In this document: positions 53,481 through 64,000 of the stretch, one piece after another
How the letters are laid out: every line of letters starts with the position of its first letter
Numbering within the stretch: the first letter of the stretch is position 1
Assembly: GCF_009914755.1 (NCBI RefSeq)
Contig: NC_060927.1
DNA length: 64,000 nt
From: the human T2T-CHM13v2.0 reference genome, Homo sapiens
Strand: one strand, 5' to 3'
Translations under genes and position numbers: made by a program
Notes under the pieces: model-generated
Told to the model about the DNA's origin: nothing
Seen by the model: the letters and a program-made list of their open reading frames with translations, nothing else
Databases searched by the model: none

Positions 53481-54324
53481 AACCGGCATCACAGGGGTCA
53501 AGGGACTCTTTAGGGAAGCCCATCTAACTGGCCCCAGAGTTAGTATGCTTCCTGTGTATTTTTTTCTGGCTACGCGATAACAATATTAACTTGCTGTATG
53601 ACGTTGTCAATTGACTTTTTTTTTTTTCTATTGGGTGTGTCTTACTTTCCCCTATTTCTGAAATGAGTGTTAAATATGGAGGTGATATATATCCATCCTG
53701 GAATGTAAGCTTCACTGGAATAGCAATTCCTGTTTATTTTGTTCCCTGCTGTCTCCAAAATACCAGAAACGCTTTCTCACATGTAATAAGTGCTCAACAA
53801 AGATTTGTAAAAACAATTAATTAAGTTACAAATTTCGGAATCCAAGTATCTTTTTATATTGTACCTTTCTTCACATTATAATAAAATAAATGATTATAAT
53901 TAAGAAAACTTGGTGTATGTTAATATCTTTCAATTAAAGCATTTGATTTCCTGTCTTTTCTCTTACCTTTTATTCTCACAGTTCCTATTATATCTAGAGG
54001 AGAAAGAGGAGTAACACCATCTTTAAAACCATTTAGCCACCACTAATAGCCAACTTTTATTTCAACTTACTAACGTAATAGATATAAAGCAATTTACATT
54101 AACCCTGGGAGGTAGGTACTCTTATTGTCTGGTATAACAGGTTGACTGATGAAGCACTAACATTAAGAAATTTCACCAATGATTATACAGTTAAGAAGTA
54201 GCAGACTTGGGATTTAAACCCAAGCTGGCTGAAGCATCCATGCTCCTAGCTCCATGTATGTGGTATCTGACCCACCTTGGCTTATGTCCACTGCACATTA
54301 TAGACATTTATGTAATGGTTACTC

Positions 54325-54698
54325 TTATGGGTGGGTTGTGTTTCCCCAAATTCATATGTTGAACCCCTAACCCCAAAGTTACTGTATTTGGAGATAAGGC
54401 CTTTAAAGAGGTAATTAAGTCTAAATAAAGTCATATGTGAGACCCTAATCCAATAAAACTGGTGCCCTTATAAGGGACACCAGGGGTGGCACACACACAG
54501 TAAAGGCCATGTAGGGGCACAGTGAGAAGGCACCTGTCTCCAAGCCAAGAGCAGATGCCTCAGGGGAAGCCAACAACCCTGCCAACACCATGCTCTTGAA
54601 ATTTCAGCCTCCAGAATTTTTGGGGGAAAAAAAAAATTCTGTTGTTCAATCTATCCTGTCTATGGTATTTTGTTATGGTAACCCTAGCAAACTAACAC
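54325..54698 (+). mobile_element. MLT1A-type MaLR LTR
   Basis: CCCCAAATTCATATGTTGAA.CCCTAACCCC..GTATTTGGAGATAAGGCCTTTAAAGAGGTAATTAAG..TATGGTATTTTGTTATGG. Confidence 0.85.
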
Positions 54699-54882
54699 CA
54701 GACAGGGAGTAGGAATTGAGAAAACTTCTGAGCCTGTTCTGCACAGCTCTTTCTCTAAAATACTTTTGACTGTTATTTATTTTTCCTTGAACTATACTTA
54801 TGACCCACAGCACTTAACAAGGTGACTAGCACACAGCAGATACGTATTAAGTGCTCTGTGTCCAAATTTAAGAAAAGAATAG

Positions 54883-55083
<201 letters not shown>

Positions 55084-57823
55084 TAAGTGAACAGTACCAG
55101 GTTTGGGTGTCACTGCCTGGAAAATAGGTGAACTGGCTTATTCTACATGGACTCATTTCAGAGAGTGACATGAGTGGTCCCCTCTCCGTCCTCACTGCAT
55201 ATTGAGCAAGGATGCACTGGCAGTATCACCCTGACATCAGAGAAGGAAACCGATCAAAACCCATTTAAGTTGTAAGAATCAGTGATTTTGCTCAGGGCAA
55301 AGAACTCATGTTTGTAGTCCTCCCAACATAGAGTCTGTCTGGCAAAACCCCAGTTAGTTTTGTGATGAGCACCAGGAGCAGAAAAAAAAGGATCCAGTTG
55401 TTTTACTTTTTTGTAAGCTGTCACAAATGAGACATGAGCCTCTGAGAGATATAATTTCTTGGGCCTGAAAATGATACAAAATAGGCAATTGAGCAAACAC
55501 AGTATGAAAACAGACCATAGGCTTTCAATCCAAATATACCTGGATTCCAATTTCTTCTCTACTCTCTGAAATTGAATCACCTGGAATTATATTATCAAAG
55601 ACTCTAAATCCTCAGTTAACTCATCTGGCAAATTAGGAAAGCAATACATACCCAAAAGGTTTATTAAAAAGCTGACCACTAATGCTTACAAAATTACTAT
55701 TTTACTGTCTATGTATTCATGATGTTAGCTCTTCTTACTATTAGATATAGGGAATTCTGCCTTTGATCATATGCATGCTGCTGTGCTTTTTTTTTTTTTG
55801 GTAAAAGTAACTATAAATGAGAGGTACATTTGTAAAATAACGTGTTTTTTTTTTTTGAGGGCTAGACATATTTTTCAAGAGTCTTTGATGACCTTTAAAC
55901 ACACAAGTGTTTTACAAATCATTAACTACTTCAGCTTACTAGGAGTGGGAGTATAGATAGTGATTCAGAAACCCTGAAGTTAAACAGTGAAGAAGTATTA
56001 ACAACTGAACATAAATCAGAAGATAAAGCTTTCTTAAAATCGTAACAGATGGAAAATATTTTAAATTCTTCAAATTTGATTTATGTACATCTTAAGTATA
56101 AGCCTTATTATTATTATTATTGTTGGTTTGACAATTTTTTTTGAAAAGTGCATCAAGTAAACAATAATGTAAAATCTTTTGGCAGTTTTGTTTTCATATG
56201 TATGCATGAAGTGCATCTTTCTTAGTGTGTAGATGTAACCCATATAGATGATTTTCTTCTGTGAACAAGAAGATCAGTTGAATACTGCCTTTTGTATTGT
56301 GTCTAAAGGGATAGTGTTAAGCGGTAGGTGACTAATAACAACCTAGTTGTTGAGCCATCGTACCGCCCCCGCCAGGGCAAAAATATATTAAAAAAGATAG
56401 GAGGTAATTTGACCTGCACACAAACCAAATCTGCAGACAGGAAAGGTAGAGTGTGATCAGAGGTAGACCTAGGAGACAAATAGATTGGCACATGGACTGT
56501 TCATGCATTTCACCCCCGGAGAACGCTTTATTTGATTACCCCATTCGTGGATTCTGTAACATATATAATAAAGAACAATTTTTAATTTCTCTTTACAAAC
56601 ATAGCTTTTTCTCATAGCTTCAATAGCTGACCCTCCAGGCAAAACACAAAAACAAAAACACAAAAACAAACAAACAAAAAACCCACAGCATTTCTGCTTT
56701 CACTTGTAGGTGAAGAAAAATGTATCCTTAGAGAAAATTCAGTGCAGTAGATGGTTTTCATTGTAAGATTTAGCATTTGCATTGTTTAGAATATCTGGAG
56801 AACCATGACAGATTCAGTTTGTTGACCCGTAGTTACTAAATGTACCCCCACCAAAGTGATGTGCAGAAATCAATCATGTTGATATTGATAGAGACTTGTC
56901 TACTACCTACTACTACCTGCCAGTAACATAGCTTTCTGGTAGCCTTCATGTATGTACTTATTTATGCAGTGGTAAAAAACTGTTTCTACATGAACAAAAG
57001 GCATTGAAGAGCAAGTCAACTGTTAATTCTGGCATTAGAAAAAGTCAAGAAAACTATATCAGGCTATTGGCCAGGAAACAGAAAGAACTTAGGTAACCTA
57101 AAAAGTGAAATGTTCCATTTGGGCGTAATTCAGATGAGCTCTATATGGAAATGTGATGTGTGTATGTGGAGATTTATAATACTGTTTTATTGGATGTTTC
57201 AGTGAGAATGCATTTTAATAACTTTAAAACTATCTAGTCCTTTATTTATTGACTCATTAAGTGATTGCTTAATTTTTCAGTTATATTTTATTGCATTTTA
57301 TTAAGGAAAATTACATACTAGAGTGATATTCACAACTTTCAAGATTCTCAGTCTAAGCGCATATATTTTAAATATCACCTATCTACTTTATATTTTTCTG
57401 GAAAATGGATACAGATCTATATTCATTGTGCAAAATGAAGCAAACCTTTACTGTAGTTGGTAGCATTGCTTTATGGCTTTTCTCGTAAGATAACACTTCA
57501 AAATAATATTTGCAGGCAAGCTGGAGTAAATAGTTGAGGATTTTCCTGCCTGTTGACAGCAATGTGAATCCCCTAAATCCTACCAGGCCAGCCCCAAGGA
57601 CAGGAAGACTCAGTATATCAAAGGCCTGTAATCTATTGTGCCTTACTGCATTAGTTGGGAAGCTCTTCTCTGTATAACCTATCTGGCCAGATTGGAAGAA
57701 AATAATCTCAATACTACTATGAAAATACATACAAAACAGTAAAATTTAGTTTGTATTGCCACAAGGTTAGAGATGGAAACGGAAATAAAATAAAACAAAT
57801 ACAGTTCTACTTCCCTCACTTTA

Positions 57824-58160
<337 letters not shown>

Positions 58161-59671
58161 GTCATAATTAATATACATCAGAGGCATGCTAGTCCAATTA
58201 TAATTTGAAATAAAATGAATTTCTGCTTCCGGAGCACCAGTATTTCCACAAAGTTGGTTTTTGTGCTTTCATTGCTCATGAAATGCGTCTTAGGGATTTT
58301 TGATGGACAGATGAATGGATAGATTACTGACAAAGCATTAAAGTTCTGAAAGGTACATTGGCACTGGACATGGCATCCAATTTTATTCTGAAGATAATAG
58401 AAATGAAAGGGTTACTGCCTAGTTTCTTTAAAAAAACTTAATTAAGAGTGTAATAGAAAAATAGGACAACTGGGACCTAATTCGTCTAGCCCTGAAATTA
58501 TCAGACAAACTGAAATAATGTGACTTCTCTCATGAAAAGAAGACAAAGAAATACATTTAAATATAAAATGTTAAGCTATACCGAAGCTATAATTTCATGT
58601 TTTTTAATCTATAAAATCTGTGAAGTAGTAACTGAATTTTTATTAACCTAATAATTTGTGGCAAAATTATCTAATTTACCAACTAAAACAAATAAAAGAA
58701 ATTTACTTAAAAATTGTATTAGATTGGTGAAACTTGATAATTTCTCTGTTTTCTACATTTAGTCTTCACAAAATGAAAGCATAATGCCAACCTGTAGCCA
58801 GTGGAAGTATTCGTATATTCTAAAACAATATTAGAAAAATACATAATTGCTATGAAATTCGTAATGCTAAATGTCATTAAGATGAATAAAAGTATCATAA
58901 TAAAGTACTCTGTCAACAATAAAGTAAAACTCCAGAAACGTCTATGATGTTAGATAAAGAGGGCCATGTTGAAAACAGTGCAAATAATCTTTTTGTTTTC
59001 TTTATCCAACCAGAAGCTTTTCTGCTGCCACCTTTGGGATAGCGGTATTAGCACTGCATGACCAAATCACAGCCAGTAATGTTAAACTAACAAATGCATT
59101 TCAACAGCTTCATTTGTAGATAAGAGGACCCCCAAAGACAGGCAAGCAAATTGACTAAGGTCTTTAAAAAATCGTTTATTGTCCTAGAACACAATTGGGA
59201 AAAACTCAAATTGCATATTATAGAATTGCATATTTTAAAACATTTTTATTAGCAGTTATTTTTGTGTATTCTTTAGTAACAATTTATACATATCTCAATA
59301 TGTATAAATATATGTGCTTATATATTTGCATGTATACATATGCATGTATATGGAGTAATCAGTGAAGTCCACTGCCTTGAAATATATACAGATGGAAATG
59401 TACAGATGCTGGGAAACGAAGACTACTCTCTGCACCTAATTTTTCTACAAAGGGGCAACAATTCCTAGGAGAACAGATTTATTTGATTGGTGAGATTGAA
59501 AGAAGAAAAGGAAGAACTTTTTTACCATTTTAATGTAATTGTCTACACGGCACATGCTCTCTCTGCTTCTCCTGAGGAAAGCTGACAGAGTAGGCTCTGA
59601 CCCAACTGCAGTTGTGTGTGGCCACCCAGTGTCACCATGATAAAGTGAGTAAATCTATTTCTATTCAGAAG

Positions 59672-59889
59672 TGCATATTAGGTAGCCTACTAAAACTATG
59701 TGTGTGTATATATATACATACTATACATAAGTGTATATATATATACACACACATATATAGTATAGTATATATAGCAGATGTATAAAATATATGTTATAGT
59801 AACTGTGTGTGTGTGTGTGTATATCTTTAGTAGGCTATCTAATACGCATATGTGTGTGTATATAGTTTTAGTAGGCTACCTAATATGCA
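59672..59889. repeat. Perfect 28-bp inverted repeat enclosing a (TG/TA)n-rich spacer
   Basis: TGCATATTAGGTAGCCTACTAAAACTAT at 59672-59699 and its exact reverse complement at 59862-59889. Confidence 0.9.
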
Positions 59890-61319
59890 TTTATAGATAT
59901 GTTGTGTTTTACAGTCAAGCTTTTATTTAACGATAAAGATAACTCTTATTCCCAAGTATCTGTCTTTTGTGTCTATTGCTTTTTTCTTAGCTCAGGAGAG
60001 AAATAAGTGCTATAAGCGTGGGTTTTTGTGTGTGTGTGTATGTATATATCTTTCTTTATGTATGAAGAATCATATATTTTGTCATAAAACAAAATAATCA
60101 AGAGAAAAAACGTACCTATAACATTCATCCATCTGCAAATATATTTCAAAACTTTAAAATATCCATATCCTTTAAGCCAGTAAGCCCAAAATAATTTATA
60201 AAATTATAAAAATAATACATTTGAGCAAAAATAATGTACAACTTTGTTTATTGCACCATTATACTGAACATTTGTGAACGTTTTAAAATGTTCAGTAAGA
60301 AACTGTTTAAATAAATTACAATATATATCCATAGTACAGATTGCATATTTACAGAACATGTTTTTGAAAAAAAAATTAAAGACGTAGAAAAATGACATTA
60401 TGTTACTTATATTAAAATGTATGCAAATATATTCATACATATTAAAAAGCAAAGGGAAAATATACAAGCATGTTAATAGTGTTTATTGTTTTGTAAGAGA
60501 AATGTTGTGACAAAATTATTGAAGAGGTTAAATAGAACTAGTTCCAATAGTTACAATTACCAAATTGCCGGATTTCAGTTTAAAAAATAAACGTTTGTAA
60601 CTCTCAGTACTATGTAAACATAGAACCTGATACCCTGTAACTGGTGAGCTCTTTGTCACTAGAGGAATTCACTAAGAGGGTGGATTACTGCTAGTCTCAT
60701 ATGGTTTATATTATACTCATACACCAATAGTGCCAAAAAGATATGCTCCTTAAAATTATTTCTAATTCTCAGAACTCACAATTTAATACGATTTTGAGAT
60801 TAGAAGTCTGTCTTTGTAATTAATTTCCATGCATATCTTTAAACAGACAGGAGAACTTCTGGCTCTTTTTTATATAGGGATAGCTTTGCTGAGATTTAAT
60901 AGAACTTCCATGGCCATGAAGGGTGATCAGGAAGACAGGAAGAAGCAGCCGTGAGTGAGAAGGCTGATAGTAGAGTAGAATCATTGCTAATCTCCACTAC
61001 TATAGCATTCTTTCTTTCCTCCATTCTGAGTCCCTAGGTTCTCAGAACTGGTCATGAAAAGCAGGGAAGCACATTGAGTGAGAGGATATATTGAGTCTAT
61101 TCCAAATCTTAAGGGTTTAAGTTTTAGGAAAGCAAAAAAGAATTTTGAGTGCAGGACCTTCATGGGTCATGTTACACTAGGTCAGAACTTATCAGGGTTC
61201 AAGGGGAAGTTAAAAACCACCAAGTTGAATCTTCCTCCCACACTGATGTTTTGATTATGCCTTTGGGAACTTCGGAGTGTGAGCAGACAGATTTGAAGAA
61301 AACTGAAAAATACAGTTTA

Positions 61320-61500
61320 AAGGGGCCTATAGGAGGGTGGAGAGTGGGAGGAGGGAAAGGATCAGGAAAAACAACTAAGGGGTACTAGGCTTAATACCTG
61401 GGTGATGAAATAATATGTACAACAAACCTCCATGACACAAGTTTACCTGCATAACAAACCTACACATGTACCCCTGAACCTAAAATAGAAGTCAAAAATA
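61320..61500 (+). mobile_element. L1PA (older primate) 3' end fragment
   Basis: GGGTACTAGGCTTAATACCTGGGTGATGAAATAAT..TAACAAACCTACACATGTACCCCTGAACCTAAAATA. Confidence 0.88.
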
Positions 61501-63424
61501 TATATAATAAGTAAAAACAAAGAATATGAAAGAAAATGCATCAAAAGGTGAACAATCAGAAGAAGAAAAGAATGTGAAGACAGCTTTGGTTAAATCTTTG
61601 TTTTGCTGAGACTAGTAAACCACAAATAAAATATTATACTTTTGTTCTTTGTGGAACAATGTTTTGTTGTCTCATCTTTTGCCCTCCTTTAACTACCACT
61701 TCCCTGTAGGCATCAGCTTGCACTATTCCTTCTGCATTTGAAGTGTGACTATGCCCTAGATGAAAATGTATCTACTAAACAGAGAAAATGCTACATAGAT
61801 GATGGAGCTCAAAAAGTACTTATTCTACATAAAATCAGAGTCTGAAACAAAAACTCAAGGCAAAAATTATAGGGCCACAGATTGATGGTCAATAGTTGTA
61901 GTTAATGGAATTGTCAAAAAATAAACAATTTTTCTTAAGTAGTAGGTTTTCCATTCCTGAAAGTGTTCCATCAAAGGCCAGATGGCAGACTTTAGTGAAT
62001 ACAAGCAGGAATTCATTCAAAGAGTAACTGAGCTCTTCTTCAATTTTATTCTACATTATATAATTACTGTGGATAAAGCACTGAACAGAAGAGACATGGC
62101 TGTCTTGATGGTGTTTATACTTAAGGGAAAATATTACACACTTATATATGTAAACTAAAATAGTGATAAGTGCAATGAACAAGGAATTGTAGGGTGCTGT
62201 GGATGTGTTGACCTGTGCTCCTACCCATTTGACCTGGAGGAAGGAAGCTGGGAGTAGACTGAGGTGTCAAGGTATATTTTTCTGACCAAATGACATCTTA
62301 CCAAAACTTGAAGAAAGAGTAGGAATTAAACCGGTGGAGAGGGAGAGGGAGAGAGAAACATACAACAGAGAGGACAAAACACATACTCAATGGTCCTGAT
62401 ACGTATATCAGAAATGAAAGCCGTGGTGAATAATAGGGCTGGAGCGATAGGTTAAGACTAGGTCACGCAGGTGCCATGCTCTATCCTATGAGCAATGGAA
62501 AGTTATTGAAGGGTTTTAACTAGGTACGCGAAGGCAGATTTGTTTTCAAAGCATCAAATATTTGGTGAAATAATGGTCTTTCAAATAAATATGAGAGTCT
62601 ACAAAATAGAGGCATTTTCTCCAATCAAGTACTTTGGACAATACAGGTTCCCAAATGCTTCTGCAAAACCAGCTCTCATTTAAAAACAAAAGAAAAAAGT
62701 CTTTTAAAATTGATGCTCTTTTATTCCCAAGGATTTAGAACTTTGAATTCATAATTTTTAGAACAGAAGGGGACTTTCGAGATGATCCCATCTGATATTC
62801 TCTCATCTCCTGAGACCCACCTGGGCGGTTAATGGAGTTGCTAAGGACCAATTTTTAAGTGAAGAGCTAAACCAGAAACTGGATCTTCGAACTCCCATCT
62901 AATCTTGCCATTAATCAATGTTGTTCTTTTGTGGATAGTTAGCAATTTTAATAATTCTTCAGTATTTATTAGGTATTGTCATTTTAAATATGAGATCTTG
63001 GGATATTGTGTTTTTATTTTATAATAATTTAGAACAATTAAAAAAGTCATTCTAATGTCTTTCTTTGGCTATTCTAAATATCATGGAAAACATTTATCTA
63101 GTATTCTGAAATTAAATTACAGTTGTAATAGCCCTATTGTTTCACCTGTTTAAGCACCATTATTCAGGATGTGATATTCATATTATAAAACATACCATAT
63201 TTTAGGTGGAGAATAATACATAATAAAATAATAAATAAATGACTTAGGAAACTCTAAAAATTACAATTTAAAAATCTGCAATGGACATGAATGCTCATGA
63301 AGAAAATTAATAGTTGCCAATGTGTAAAATTGTTAACCTTACCATGAATTTTTAAATGTCTAGGTATAGTTATAGATAATTTTATAGAAATCATTTTTAA
63401 AATTTGTAGCTCACATTGTTGCAT

Positions 63425-63770
63425 CTATAGCAGATTATATTTTTCAAAAATGGCTACAGCAGTATTTCCATTCCCATATGTTCTTTCACAACCTTGCCAC
63501 TTCCATCAAGAGGCAGAATCTATTTCTCTTTCTCTTGAAACTACAGGAGACTTTATAACTGCTTCAACCTAAAAGAACAGGCAGAACTGTGTAATCTCAG
63601 AGGCTGGTTCTTACAGGCAATATGGCTTCTCTTTCCCCCAGTCCCACCCCTGCCTTCTTCCTCCACTGCCTCTCTCTCCCTCCCTCTCAAAGCTCAACCT
63701 TGGAACCCAGCCACACTGTTAAGGTAAAAACCAGGCCACATGGAGAGACTTCATTTAGATAGTTGATCCA
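63425..63770 (+). mobile_element. Old MaLR LTR (MLT1G/H-like)
   Basis: CTTGCCACTTCCATCAAGAGGCAGAATCTATTTC..TTGGAACCCAGCCAC..GGCCACATGGAGAG. Confidence 0.55.
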
Positions 63771-64000
63771 GTTGACAATTTTAAAAACTCATCCATAATG
63801 GCACACATGCGAACACACACACACACACCTGAAAATACTTAGAACTTAGCAGAGTGGAATTGGACCTATATGAAAGATATACACACACACACACAGAGAC
63901 TCACATATATGTACATACACACATACTTATATAATCTGACATACATTATATATTATATGAATTATATATTATACATGGCATGTAATATATATGTGTATGT

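Noticed and set aside
53033-53580. Six overlapping Arg/Pro/Gly-rich ORFs of up to 157 aa
   Set aside because: Expected from the scarcity of stop codons in a GC-rich CpG island and the 12-bp repeat; no recognisable protein.

Overview
Primate genomic DNA, very probably human: AT-rich and dense in Alu, L1, LTR and DNA-transposon remnants. It holds one intact protein-coding gene, GMNC/GEMC1 (geminin coiled-coil protein, upstream regulator of multiciliogenesis), on the minus strand. I reconstructed its five coding exons by hand: 52940-52942, 51015-51189, 49259-49347, 48114-48230 and 45626-46246. All introns are GT-AG and the product is 334 aa. A CpG-island promoter lies at about 53.0-53.5 kb. A 5'-truncated, disabled processed pseudogene of ENAH (Mena) starts at about 21.3 kb on the plus strand. 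Nearly all other ORFs in the track are repeat-derived noise. The best hunting leads are: (1) two perfect miR-34/449 8mer sites in the GMNC last exon, suggesting a negative feedback loop in the multiciliogenesis pathway; (2) a Sp1-box 12-mer tandem repeat and a divergent splice donor in the promoter; (3) in-frame-skippable GMNC exons; (4) the ENAH retrocopy running without poly(A) or TSD into a decapitated THE1/ERVL stack; (5) a 7SL retrocopy split by a foreign insert; (6) several fold-back or palindromic structures. No novel multi-gene system is evident. Repeat subfamily names come from recalled consensus sequences, and their boundaries are approximate unless a TSD or TIR is quoted.
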